A stretch of DNA of 64,000 nt from Vicugna vicugna (Eukaryota). Every line of letters starts with the position of its first letter. Position 1 is the first letter of the stretch. This document shows positions 1 through 12,910 of this stretch, one piece after another. The position numbers and the translations under genes were made by a program. The stretch spans positions 4,243,111 to 4,307,110 of the forward strand of contig MU058824.1 of NCBI GenBank assembly GCA_013265495.1. The letters are read 5' to 3'. The notes beneath the pieces are model-generated. The model had not been told where the DNA came from. It saw nothing but the letters and a program-made list of their open reading frames with translations, and searched no databases.

Positions 1-882
1 CTGCTAATCTATTGTATGGTTATCAAAACTTATTTAATCATTTTCCTACTACATTTAGATTGCTCCATCCTGGGCTATGAGAATTTTTGTCAATCCAATT
101 ATTTTCCCCCCTTGAATCCACCCTTCATGGCAAATCTTGATGTGTCATTCCTATGTTAGAGCCCCATTCATGGCTCTATGTCACCTAGATGGCACCCAGG
201 ACCTTCCTGGACCTCCTTACCTTTCTAGCCTTATTTCTTGCTAGTATCAATTTTGCGTTTTACACTCTAGAAATGGAAATTATCTGTGACTCCCTTACAC
301 ACACTCCATGCTGCCTTGTGCTCCAAGTTTTCCCGTCATGCATCCCTTCTCCCTGGACCATTCTTCTCACACTTCTTTGCCTGGAAAACTTCTTTTTATT
401 CACTGAGACTCAACCCAGGGGTCATTTCTCCCAGGAAGCTCTCCACTGCCATCTCCAACTTGGTACTTTCTACATAATAATGCTTCTATTTCTGATTATA
501 TACTTTCTCCATCACTGATCATAGGTTGGTTTCTTAAGACCAAGGATGATGTCTTGTCCATCTTTGAGTGTCTAGCCCCTGGCATATAGTATGTACTAAT
601 TTTTTTTAAATCAACCTGAACTTTTGTCCAGTGGACTGGGAAGAAGAGAGGTACTCAGGTGTTAACACTGTGGCTGGAAGGTTGATAAATAGGAGTTAGC
701 TCTATTAATAACTGTTGGAGGCAGGAATAGTTGGATATGATGGAGGCCCACGGCCACCACGTTTACTTCAGCATAGATTTTTAATGGGGAGAAAGGCAAA
801 GAGCAAGAGAGATCAAGAGAAAGACAACCTGTAGTCAGGCTGTGTGTTTTATAAAAGAATCTGCATTATAAGGCAGGGCATT

Positions 883-1374
883 CATTTTTTGCTGTATAAC
901 AAGTTACTCCAAAATGTAGCAGCTTAAAAATAATAAACATTTATTATGTCACAGAGTTTCTGAGGATCAGGAATCCAAGAGTGGCTTAGTTGGTTCTGAC
1001 TCACGGTCTCTAATGAGGATGTGATTGAGCTATCGACTGGGGCTGCCGTCTCTGGAGACTCAACTGGAGCTGAAGAGGCTGCTTCCAAGCTCGTTTAGGT
1101 GGTTGTTGGCAGCCTTCACTTGGGGCCACTTTATAGGGCTGCTTAACATGGTAGCTTGCTCCCCACAAAGCAAATAACCCAAGGAAGAGAGCTCAAGTCT
1201 TTCTTAAACTGGTAACCTTACCAGGTAACCTTATAACCTGGTAACCTTAAAACCTAATCTTGGAGGTGAAATGCCATCTCTTTTGCCATCGTCTGTCAGT
1301 CACACAGACCAACCCGGGCACAGTGTCGGAAGATACTACTCTAAGGTGTGGATACTGGGAGGCTGGCTACCACA
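883..1374 (-). mobile_element. MaLR LTR (MLT1-type)
   Basis: TGCTGTATAACAAGTTACTCCAAAA...AAACATTTATTA start and ...GGCTGGCTACCACA end resemble a reverse MLT1 (recalled). Confidence 0.65.
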
Positions 1375-3084
1375 GTTCCCCCTACCAACAACACATCTAT
1401 TTGCTCTTCAGCAAGTAAATGGGTTTGACGGGGATTTTTTGTTTTGTTTTTTAAACACTGGCTTCCTAGGAAAACTGAAGAGAGCACTCTTTACTTAATC
1501 TGCCCCTGTGTAAACCTCATCTTTACCTGATAAGAAAGCCGGAAGCTTTGTTACACTGCAATCATCTCCTACCACCGCCCCCACCCCACTTCATGTTAGC
1601 TGGGGTGATTAGAGAAACATTCCTGGTGCAGTAAATCTGATGGCAGAGCCCTACAGCCCAGAGCTTGGCTCCCTGGTTCCAGGGCGGCCAGCTGCCAGCG
1701 AGCCTCTCCCTGCTGGTCCACGCCCCCTCTGTTGGCTCGTGACCATGCCTGTTCATCCCCCACCCTGACTTGGGGTGGCCCTGGTCCACATGTCCTTGAC
1801 GCATGGCCAGACTCTACAGTAGCCTTCTTAATGAAACAGGGAAACTGCAAAGTTCAAGTGGGTGTTTAGTACTCAGCTTTTAGCAGTAGAGTCTTCAAAC
1901 AAAGACCATAATGTTCATCTCGACCTTCATGAGGAAAAGATGTTTGGGGTCTGGGAGTTTTGCAGTAGGCTGGGCAGGAGTTAGGAGTGGGCTGGGAGTT
2001 TTAAGCAGACAGCTGCTGAGTCTGTAAGGAGCCTGCTGCTGCTGTGGCCTGAGGGATACCCCAAGGCTGGGGGCTCTGAGTCTCTGCTGGTTCAGCTCTA
2101 ACTTATGAACTTAGATTCGGCAGGACAGTATGATGGGGGATGGCGGTGAGGAATGTCAGCCGTGACCTCCCCTTTCTGTGTGTCCCTGGGGCCCTCCACC
2201 CAGTCTTCTCCCAGCGTCTCTGCCCTGTTCTAAGTTGGCTCTCGATCAACTTTCTAAGGCAAAAGACATGAGCAACAAAGGACTTCGTGTCTTCTGAAAA
2301 GGATATTGAAACGGAACTCAGTATGTTTGGTGTTTTCAGAACCTCCCCTTTGCTGGCAGCTGTTCTGGGTTCTTAACCTTTCTGTGTGCCCTGACTCACC
2401 CCTCTGGCTGGCCGGCGAAGCCTACAGTTCGCTTCTCACAATGCGGATTTTAATGTGTAAATCAGCACAGACGACAATAGAGGAACTGAGCATATTGAAA
2501 TATAGTTGTCAGAATCAAAACAAATTTGTAATATGGGGAAGAATGTTCCTTTACCAATGCATTAAATGATGAGGCCTAGCAAGAGGTCTAATTACAACTT
2601 TGATTTTGCAGAAGTGACAGACGTAAGTGATATTTTGAGGTCTCTGGGACGACCAGAGTGTGATGTGAAAGCATCTGAGATTCTAGTTGAGACAAAGTCA
2701 CAGGTTTTCTAAAGTGCATGGTTTGTTGCTTTCATGCTTAACGGAGGGAAAATGTAAACTGAAGTTAGAGGTTAATGAAAATCAGGCTGTAATGTTTTCC
2801 TTGCTGAGGAAAAACAGACCCTCTTGGGTCTATTTGGGGGCCTCTAACTGTGCACCCCCGAGTCAAGGCTTGTGCCTGCAGCAGGCTCGTTGCCCAGTGT
2901 GCTGGCCTGGGTTCTGCAGGCTGGCTCCCCCCTTTATTCTCACCTCCCACTCTCTCTCTCCTCTCTTCTCCTGGGTGCTGTTCCCTCAGGGCTGAGGGTT
3001 AACATTTTCCTATTAAGTTTGGCTTGGCAAGAGGTGGGAATTGTGCATATATAACTCCTCCACTGACCCCAGTGACCCTACTAT

Positions 3085-3575
3085 ATGTATAATTTTCTTT
3101 ATCCATTCATCTGTTGATAGACACTTAGGTTGGTTTGATACCTTGGTTATTGTGAATAATGCTGTAATGAACAGTGTATCTTCGATATAGTGATTTCATT
3201 TCCTTTGGATATATACCCAGAAGTGAGATTGCTGGATCATATGGTAGTTCTATTTCTAATTTCATGAGGAACTGCCATGCTGTTCCTGTTTTCTGTAATG
3301 GATGTACCAGTTTACATTCTCATTAACAGTGCAGAAGGGATCCTTTTTCTCCACATCCTCACTGGCATTTATCTCTTGTCTTTTTCATAAGTGCCATCCC
3401 AGCAGGTGTGAGTTGCTCTCTCATTGTGGGTTTGATTTGCATTTCCTTGATGATCAGTGATGTTGTGTATCTTCTCACATATGTGTTGGCCATTTGTATG
3501 TCTTTGAAAAAATATTTATTTTTGTCCTTTGCCCATGTTTAAATTGGATTATTTGGGTTTTTTGTTTTTTGGTGG

Positions 3576-3617
<42 letters not shown>

Positions 3618-4372
3618 GTTTTTTTTTTTTTTGTTGTGTTTTTTTTTTTTTTTTTTGGTTTTTTGTTTTTTTGCTATTGGGTTGTAGGACTTTCTTGTAT
3701 ATTTTGGGTGTTAACCACTTATCAGACACATGGTTTGCAAATGTCTTCTCCCATTCCGTAGGTTGCCTTTTCATTTTGTTGATGCTTTCTTTTCCTCTCC
3801 AGAAGCTTTTTAGCTTGATGTAGTCCCACTTGTTTGTTTGCTCTTCTTGCCTTTGCTTTTGGTCATCAGCAAGACCAATATCAAGGAGCTTACCACCTAT
3901 GTTTTCTCCTAGGAGTTTTATAATTTCAGGTCAAGTCTTTAACCCATTTCGAGTTGATTTTTGTATATAGTGTCAGATAGTGGTCTAATTTCATTCATTA
4001 GCATGTGGCTGACTAGTTTTCCCAACACCCTTTATTGAAGAGACTGTCCTTTCCCCACTGTATGTTCTTGGCTACTTTGTCAGAAATTAATTGACCATGT
4101 ATGTGTGGGTTTATTTCTGGGGTCTCTATTTTGTTCCGTTGACCTATATGCTTGTTTTTGTGTCAATACCATTCTGTTTTGATAACTATAACTTTGTAAT
4201 ATAGTTTGAGATCAGGGTGAGTGATGCCTCCAGCTTTGTTCTTCCTCAAGATTGCTTTGGCTACTTGGGGTCTTTTGTTGTTCCATACAAATTTTAGAAT
4301 TTTTTTTCTCTGTGAACATTCCACTGAAATTTCTATAGGGGTTGCATTAAATCTGTAGATGGTTTGGGGTAC
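3085..4372 (-). mobile_element. L1 ORF2 3' region fragment with internal T-rich expansion
   Basis: Minus-strand translation KRQPTEWEKTFANHVSDK matches the L1 ORF2 C-terminus. Confidence 0.92.
3558..3672. repeat. ~115-nt T-rich low-complexity tract
   Basis: Long T runs broken by G. Confidence 0.95.
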
Positions 4373-4389
4373 CTCATTTAAAAACTGCT

Positions 4390-4910
4390 GTTTTGCTTGC
4401 TATAGTCCTGGGGGCCTTGTGAATACAAGGCCTGTTGGCTGTCAGAGCTGGGTGATCTGGGAGACTTTCCTTTGGGTGGCAGCTCTAAAACTTGGGGCAC
4501 TAGATTTGTGGACCAGCTCCTTCTAGGGAGATACTGATGACTTAATTTTATTGTTGGAATAAACTAGAGGGAGAAGGTGGGGAAGTGCCCACCAGTTTCC
4601 CCAGACTCTGAACTCTGGGGAGGACCGCAGCCAGCCCTTAGATGTATGCTAACTTACAAGCCCAACTCTCAGGCAGCAGCTTGAAAAGTCTGCAATCAAG
4701 CCTCGTTTGTGGAAAGACTGGGAGGGAGGTTTTTTTTTCACACACTCCCTCTGCTGAGTTGCAGTGAGTTTGCTACAGTCTTATGGGTGTGGTGGACACA
4801 AACCCCATTGGCTTTTAGAGCTAGGTGTTTGGGGGACTTGTCTCTCAGGTGGGGGTCTTAAAAGCTGAGGGACTAGATATGTGATCCAACTCTTCGCTCC
4901 TCACAGGAGG
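4390..4910 (-). mobile_element. Probable L1 5'-region sequence with two diverged monomer copies
   Basis: ~4395-4530 and ~4768-4910 share the order CTA.AGTC...GGCT..AGAGCT.GGTG...GGTGG...AAAA..T..GG..CTAGAT.TG; abuts the L1. Confidence 0.55.
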
Positions 4911-5489
4911 GAAATCACCTCCTTTCTAAAAAGCCAGGTTGTGGAAGTGAATTGCTCAAGGTCATGTAGCTTGTTTGCAGTAATGTTCCTTCTTTCCAAC
5001 CTAAGGCTTTCATTAGGAAAAAAGTAACTATATGTGTGGATTTTAGAAGGCAAGGCAAATCTACTGTCAAGTTATTACTATGACTTACACCCAGAAAACA
5101 AATATGCCCAAGATGGTTTATGCCGGAAAGATCCTGGGGCTGTAAGAAGTGTCAGGGCTATCCAAACATTACACTTCAGAGCAAACAGAGGCCTGAAATT
5201 GCCAAAGAAAAACTCAAAAGGACTGGTGGTTTTGGGGGAAAAAGTTCCCACATACCGTTAGCAAAAATTCTGCTCTTGGATTAGGATGGATTTGCTGTAA
5301 GTCATAGTGGCAATTCCCCACTCGTTTATTCTTTAATTTGGTCATTCAACAAATGTTCCCTAAGCATCTCTTAAGGAGCTCACTTCAGTGATGGAGACAG
5401 ATGAGTAACCAGTAAATAAAATCAATATGGGACAGGATGAACTGATGGAAGCGGCCCCAGTAAATAAAGAGGAGAGCATCTGAAAGGAA

Positions 5490-5720
5490 TAATAGTAACT
5501 CATCTTCTGGGGCACTCACTCCATTCCAGACATCTTCTAAGGGCTTCACGTGTATTCATTTATTTAATCTCCACAAAACCCCTGAGGTGAGCAGTAGTAG
5601 TCTCCCTAAATTTGCCTTAGAAAATTCAGGCACAGGATGGTTCCGTAACTAGCCAAAGATCACAGAACTAGTGAGTGGATTCAGGTGGTCGGGCATCTTC
5701 TGTGATCTCACTCCAGCTGT
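5490..5720 (-). mobile_element. MIR SINE
   Basis: Degenerate MIR core (ATTTAATCTCCACAAAACCCCTGAGGTG...AAGATCACAGAACTAGT). Confidence 0.6.
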
Positions 5721-7844
5721 GAAGACAAGGCAAGTGGTGAGGTCATTTCTAACCGGAGGGATCAGGGAAGACTTCGTGGAAGAGGTAGTATTTGACTTAA
5801 GCCCTGAAGGTGAGGAAAAGAGCATTCCAGGTTGAGATACAGAGATACAGGGAAAAGAAGTTGTATTGGGGGTAAGCATCTGGCTGGCAGGAGTAAGTGG
5901 ACAATATGAATGGGGGAGGTGGGATCTCTGATAAGTTTGCAGATTATTCCGTAGGTACTAAGAAGTCAAACAATGTTTCTGAACAGAGAAGGACTCTATT
6001 CAAAATGTCATCTATCCCTTCAATCAGTATTTGCTTAACATCTAATTAGACACCTGTTTAAACACCTAATTTAACATCTAATGTTGGATGGTGGTAGATG
6101 GGGATGGTTTCTGCTACCAAAGAAGTACAACTTTAATTGAAGACACAAGAAATAACACTTTAAAAATTGTGGAAAAGCTAAAAAATTTGACACAAGAGGT
6201 GTTCCAAGGTGGTACGTCATGAATTGTTCAACAAAGCATCTTGTGAAATTTGACAAATTTCAGGATATATTCATTATCGCTCTGGCTTGGGTGGAGGGGT
6301 TTGCAAGGGCAAAGTAGGAGAGCAGTCTGGGAGGCCTTTTGGAGCAGTTTGTGGAGGAGCCTGTAAATGATGCAGCTGCCCTTGAGCTACTGAACACAGG
6401 AACAAAAGGGTTAGTGTTGGAACTAGCTGCCCCAGAACCCTCTCCCTAATCCCCGTAAGGCCCCAGGAGAGGAGAATGCCTGTCATGGGAGCCTGGGAGT
6501 AAGGAACTGGCTAGGATAGAAGCCTGGGTGTGTCTAGACTTAGGCTGTCCCAGACTGACTTTGTGGTCCCAAGATTCAGAGCAAGAAAATTCCAAGGCCT
6601 CCCTCCTAGACCACATCCTAATGGTACAGGTATCATTGGGAAAACTTGTCTAAGATTTGGAAACAGGCAAAAGAGGATTAGGTTTCCTTTCAGTGGAATG
6701 CTTATCATTGCCTGCTGGAATCTCTGTGATTTTCTGATTCAATAGATTTGTGCAGTTTGATTTCTTACCAGCTATTTTGCATCTCCAGAGGAGTTGAAGT
6801 AAACTTGTAGAAAAAATGTATAGTAATGCAAAAGGTTCTTGTCCATAGCAATGCCAGTGAATTTTGTCTGGTGAAGATACAATTGATTTCTCCTCTGTAG
6901 AGAAAGTAATCCCAAACATTACATTTTATTCCATGAGGATATTAAACCAGTTTTACATGTATTAGCAAAACCATTTTATCTTTCCTCATTGCCTCTCCAT
7001 TCCTCAAATTCTCTTTTGAAATAGTCTTAATATCTCACTGGTGCCCTTGTTAATTAATGGGTACTAGTAAGATGCCCATTAATTAATCTTGACCCCTGTT
7101 TACTTTACATTTGTGTGAAAGTTATATTTTCACATTAAAAAAATCATACACTCTTAATTCCTGCAGCTTTTTCCAGCATCTAGGTTAATCAATCAGAAGA
7201 AAGAAAATGCCACAATTTCCATTAGTGGACCAAAAGTAGTTTCCAGAAATTCCAACTGTGGTGCTTGTTGGCAATACTTTGAGAATTCTACATGGAGTTT
7301 TAAAACAGATGCTTTATGAGAATTTAGGAAGAAAAAGGAAAAAAAATTACTATTATATTGCCAATTGCAGCATATATTACTTTAATCCCCAGGAAATCTT
7401 TCAAATAGGTATTATTGTCCTAATTTTGCAGGTGAATAAACAGGAAATATCTGATTAAGTACGGTAACGCCTATCTGCTGATCAAGTCACATAAGTGGAA
7501 AATTATAATAATGATTCATAAATCCCAGTGGTTAAAAGGGCACATTGTAAACAAAGTTGTAAAATTCAATAAAGATGTGAGTGAAAAGACAACCAGCAAA
7601 ACTAAAGTCATAAACAAGAAAAACTGGTGCCAGTGCTTGGGCGGGAACTGTTAATTACATGGGCACAGCTTGAAGGCTTCTGTAGATATCTTGTTCCTTT
7701 AGACCTCACTTAAGGACACACCTGCCCAAATGTCCACCCTCTGCCATCTGCAAGCCTTCCTGAGCAAGAGAGGGAATTTAGGGACCACTTCTATGCCTGC
7801 CTTCCTACACCACGACCTAAGTACCATGACTCTTAAAGGGATGT

Positions 7845-7970
7845 GGGGGAGGGTATAGCTCAAGTGGTAGAGCACATGCTTAGCATGCATGAAGTCCTGG
7901 GTTCAATCCCCAGCACCTCCTCCTAAAATAAAATAATAAACCTAATTACCCCCCCAAAAGTAAAAATTAG
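7845..7970 (+). mobile_element. tRNA-Ala-derived SINE (camelid Vic-1-like)
   Basis: GGGGAGGGTATAGCTCAAGTGGTAGAGC...GGTTCAATCCCCAG with A/B boxes, then AATAAACCTAATTACCCC and an A tail; flanking GGGATGTG repeat. Confidence 0.88.
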
Positions 7971-10900
7971 GGGGATGTGTACTCCTCTGCCACAAGGCAG
8001 CCCCACTGACCGTGGGACTGATGGAGACGAAGCAGCCTCTTAGAGACAGGAAGAGCAGATTCCTCCACTGCATCTGTGATAACTATTCTCTCAGCTACAA
8101 AATCTGATGCACAATGGCATAATGCTAACTTTTATAGCTGGCTTGTCAAATTTTTCTCTACTTAACCTCTATATTTTATCCAAAATGAGGGTATCGTTAA
8201 GAAAAAAGGGAAAATCTGGAGAGGAAAATGCTTAGATTATTTGTTTTGATTTTAACCCACACTCTACTAAGGTGGAGGAATGCAGGGACGGTGCCGGGGG
8301 TTCTTAACAAGCCCTGGGGATCTGGTGCTGCCTCCGCCTCTCCCAGACCATGGGCTCTTCTCATCCATGCCTGGCCTCCTTTGTCAACAGCCCTTTTTGT
8401 CTTCTACTTGATAGATAACCCCTACTTTTGGGCCCTGTCTCCTGGAAAGTGCAGGATAACTCCTGGAGGTCCCACACACAGAAGACCTGCTGCTTTAGGC
8501 CTCATCTCCTGCCCTGGCTCTTGGGTCCTGACTGCAGGTCTCATGCTACCCTATCATCCAGCTCCTCCACTCCTCCTCTCTGTGTCTGCGTGCTTTATTT
8601 TATATTCTCAGCAACATCTCCCCCATCAAACACACACATGCACACACATATGTCCGTGGTCCAGACTGGTGTGCTAGGGATTCTGCAACTGATTTTCAAA
8701 TATCTGTTGATAAAAAGCTGAGACTGGGGCTTCCTGCCTGGGTTGCTTGAGGCTGACTTGTTCACTTTGCCCCCAGAAGCTGTCGCTGTAACCAGGTGGA
8801 GGGGAGCCCACCGGTCTCCACTCCCTCATTACATTCCAGTGGGTCAGCCCAAGCAGTTTAAAGGAGCTGGGGCTTCCTGTTGCAGCAGCACCTGGGCGCA
8901 GCCCTGGGAAAGCACCTTGTGTTCCTCCCCACGCACCTGTTTCCTGACCAGTGTACAGCTTGCTGCCGGCTGCGGTCAGAACCCACTGATGTCTAAAACA
9001 GGTATTGCCCCTGCCTGATCAATGGAGCATCTGTCAGGGCCTCCAGATCTGTGCAGACAGTGCTAGCACTCAGCGTAGGTGGTTGAGGAAAATAACGCAA
9101 TCCCTGGAGCCCCTCCCCGGCCTCCATTTCCCCCTCAACACGACCTGAGGCGCCTCAGGTCACTCAGACACAGTCTGGTGCCTCAGCACGTGCCTTCTCC
9201 CTGTGTTCCATCCACAAGTGTTTAAGGTAAAGGGTTTCACCTCACTCTCCCTGGTGCCCGGGTTTCCCTCGTGTCCACAGTCTATACTGATGAGCGGTGG
9301 TGGACGCCCTCTGCCCCGGGCACCCACATCTGCACACGGCCCAGCAACTCACTAGTTCGCCTGCTCAGCAAAGGGCAGGGCGGTGAGTCGGCCGGGCCCC
9401 CTTCTTTACGAATCTCCTCGTTCCTCTGACCCTCCTGACTCCCGGGAAGGCTCACGCTTCCTTTCTGAATCCTGGAGTGGTTACCACCGGCCTTCCCAGA
9501 GGCCTGGTCATGAGGCTTTGGAAGTTTCTATGTTTAGTTCTGGCCTCCTGGAGGGAAGGAGAACGAGCCAAGGGTGGTGCCTCTCTCTCCTGTGAAGGCT
9601 GAGGGCACGGCGCCCTGTGGAAGAGCAGAGGGGACGCGGGCCAGGCCAGACGACACAGGCCTCGGGGCGCCCTGGTCCTGCGGGGAGGAGGAGAGGGTCG
9701 GCTAGGGGGAAAGCTTTGGAAAGGAGCAGCACGAGGCTGTCTGGTGCCAGTGCCCAGGGAGGGTCTGCCCAGCCCAGGCTGCTGGGGTCAGTGAGTGGCC
9801 TGAGAAGATCTCTGCTGACCCATGGGAGAGCAGTCTCAGGAGGGTGGTGGGGCCAGAAGACAGACCAGAGAAAGTAGGGAGCGAGTGGGTGTCTGGCAAG
9901 TGGAGACCCTAGGTGCACCCCATTCTCCCAGCATGGTGTCATGAGGAAGGCCGGCCTGGCGCTGACACTCAAGGGTACACAGCAGGGAGGACTGGCTTGG
10001 GCTGGTTGTGCTTGTTTTTGCCACAGAGGAGCATGTTGGTACTCGGAGGCGAAGGCCCTGAGAGAAGGGTACAGCCTGAAGAGGCAAAAGACAAAGGACA
10101 TATTGGACAGAGTCAGTCCCAGTGAGGGAGGAGCCTTGGAGAATCACACTGAAGGTGGGAGTCCCCGTGTGAGTGGAAGCAGTGTGTGGAACCCCCAGTG
10201 CGAATCCGATGGGGTCCAGGAAAGCTGGGCTGGAGCTCTGGGCTCAGCCTAACGGTGGCATCTTCTAAACTATCCCCAGTCTCAGTCTTGCCATCTGGAC
10301 CCGAAGCCCAGAGCAGAGTTGTGAGAGGGACATGGGCCCCTGAGGAAGAGGGAAGAGGGTGAACGTGGCTGGCTGGCCAGTTGCCATAAGGCCCTGAGCC
10401 CGTTGAGTCATGAAGCTGCCTGGCAAGAAGAAATGAAGGGAGAGAAGACACACACACACGATGGCCAAACCCACAGAGCAGACTTGAGTCAGTTTTTCTT
10501 TTAGTCACCTATGAGGAAGAATCAGATGGAAAGCAAGAAGACGCCTAGGGCTTAAAATATATCCCCTATCTCTTCTAACCTCCCTCCCACTGCATGGGGG
10601 TAAACGCAGAGCAGAGGAAAGCTCCAAGCCCAGGCCTGGGCTTTAGTGCTCCCAGACTGGGCTTCTTGGTAAACACAAGACTGAGCTTCCTAAGCAGTAC
10701 GGCAGATAACGGACTGACCCTCTGAGTCCTGGGAATGAGTGAGGTCTGGGGTCACCTGCCTTGCTTGGATGCTCGGAGCCTAAAGCCATGCCAGGCTGTT
10801 CTCCTATCTGCTGAATGAACAGTGACCTGAACGTATTCATTTGGATGTGTATTAGAAGAAAGGTCTATAAATAGCATGTTCATCCCATTGTGAGCGTAAA

Positions 10901-11727
10901 AGTTACTCTCAAATGAGTGACTAAGTGTATTTACTGTGCACTGGAAAAATTATATCACTAGAAAGTTAAACCCATGATTTCACAGATATTATTGGCTAGG
11001 ACAAGGCTAAGTTAAAAAAAGAATTGATTTAATGTTGATTCAGGAAACAATATAAGTAAAATAACATTACAAGCAGATAGGGAAGTCATCAGATCAAGAT
11101 ATACTGTCTCCCCCATTGCCTGCATTGTCCACAAGAGCCTTGTCACTCTTCTGCCCGGGCTGGGGGAGGGGAGGGAAACTCATGGAGCATCAGGTGCCGG
11201 ATATGCATTGTGTGGCAGTGTCTCCCTCAACCTGAGAACAGCCCTTGGAATATTACCTCTTCAGAAGTATTACCAGCCTTCGAAAAGTTAAGTAACTTGT
11301 CCAAGATCAATCAACTGTAAATGTCAGAGCCAGAATTCAAGCCCAACCCTACTTCTCTCACTGCCGAGCAAGGAGGAGTGAAGGACTCAGTCTATAGAAA
11401 ATGGTCAGCTTCAGGTAGGAAGCAGGAGGGAATTTCCTTGGAAGGTTCTCTGTCTCCACAAAGTCATTGGTGAGTCCATTTGCTCAGCCATGGCAGAGGA
11501 TTTGAGGAGAAATCACCCTCACTGAAGCTTTCATCCTGATCTGATAGAAAATTAAAAGACATAAGAGAACTGGGAAAGGAAGACCCTCAGAGAGTTTGTG
11601 ACACCCACGGCACCTCGTGTCAGGAGCTAATACTGATGGATTTGTCCACGGCAAGATACTTTTTACACTGATTCCCAACTTGAGGGAAGTCTCCAGTTTT
11701 TACAAGTCTCCCCTCCCCCAGGGATCC

Positions 11728-11992
11728 CTAGTTCCTTGCTACTCAAAGTGTGGTCCATGGACCAGCAGTAGGATGACCAACCATCCTGGTTTGCTTGGGG
11801 CTCAAGGTTTTCCTGGGACAAGGATCTTTCAGTGCTAAAACTGGGATAGTCCTGAGATGAGTTGGTTGCCCTAACCAGCAGCACCTAGAAGCTTGTTAAA
11901 ACTGGAAACCCTGAGCCTCATGCCAGATCGATTGAATCAGAATCTGTACTTGAACAAGATCACGTGCCCATTCAGGCCTGAGAAGCAGTGCT
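11728..11992. mobile_element. MER5A-like hAT-Charlie element interrupted by a smaller hAT element
   Basis: CTACTCAAAGTGTGGTCCATGGACCAGCAG...GAATCAGAATCTG...TGAGAAGCAGTG. Confidence 0.7.
11769..11873. mobile_element. MER81-like hAT-Blackjack MITE
   Basis: Terminal inverted repeats TAGGATGACCAAC / GTTGGTTGCCCTA; perfect 8-bp TSD ACCAGCAG at 11761-11768 and 11874-11881. Confidence 0.8.
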
Positions 11993-12008
11993 GCAAATGA
12001 GATACTGA

Positions 12009-12910
12009 TGTAGTGGGTTGATTGGTGCCCCCCCACCCCTGTATGAGTCAGGGTTCTCCAGAGAAACAGAACCAATAGGATGTGTGTATATATAGAAGTT
12101 TATTTTAAGGAATTGGATCACTTGATTGTGGAGCCTTGGCAAGTCCAGAAATCTAATGGGAGAGGCAACAGGCTGGAGACTCAGGAAAGAGTTGTAGTTC
12201 GAGTCCAAAGGCAGTTAGGCTGGAGACCCAGGAGGAGCCAATATTGCAGATGAAGTCTGAAGGCTATCTGCTGGCAGAATTCCCTCCTGCTCTGGGGAGG
12301 TCAGCCTTTTGTTCTAGTCAGGCCTTCAGCTGATTGAGTGAGGCCCACACACACCGTGGAGAACAGTCTGCTTTTCTCAAAATGCATTGATTTAAATGTA
12401 AATCTCATCCAAAAACACTCTCACTGAAACATCCAGAACAATGTCTGAGCACATATCTAGGCATCATGGCCAAGCCAAATAGACACACAAAATTCATCAT
12501 CACACTCCCCTACAAGATAGGTCCATGTCAAATCCCTGGAACCAGTGAGTATTGCCTTATTTGGAAAAAATTTTTGGAATTGAGTATCTTGAGATGAAAA
12601 GATCATCCTGAATCATCCAGGTAAGTCCTTAATCCAATGACAAGGGTCCTTATAGGAGATGCACAGAGGAGAGATACACAGAAGGCCCCGTGGGGACCAA
12701 TAGGAGGTAGGAGTGATGTGGCCACAGCCAATAAGCCCCTAGAAAGAGGCAAAGAAAGATTCTCCCCCTGGAAACTCCAGAGGGAGTGTGGCCCTGCCAA
12801 CACCTAGATTTTGGACTTCTGGCCTCTGAACTGTGAGGGAATACATTGCTGTTGTTTTCAGCTGTCCAGTTTGCAGTAATTTGTTGTGGCTTCTCCTGGA
12901 AACGAATTCA
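12009..12910 (+). mobile_element. MLT1C-like MaLR LTR split by an MLT2 insertion
   Basis: TGTAGTGGGTTGATTGGTGCCCC start; resumes at ~12505 and ends ...TTGGACTTCTGGCCTCTGAACTGTGAG...GGAAACGAATTCA. Confidence 0.75.
12040..12504 (-). mobile_element. MLT2 (ERVL) solo LTR
   Basis: TGTATGAGTCAGGGTTCTCCAGAGAAACAGAACCAATAGGA...AAAATTCATCATCACA, with TG...CA ends. Confidence 0.82.

Noticed and set aside
3475..3823. Poly-Lys and poly-Phe ORFs
   Set aside because: Translations of the T tract inside an L1 fragment.
7845..7920. tRNA-Ala(AGC)-like sequences here and at four other sites
   Set aside because: SINE heads with shared tails, TSDs and stem-breaking changes; not tRNA genes.
9508..10508. 197-aa and other ORFs in the GC-rich upstream region
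   Set aside because: Overlapping on both strands, no recognisable homology or exon structure; expected in GC-rich DNA.
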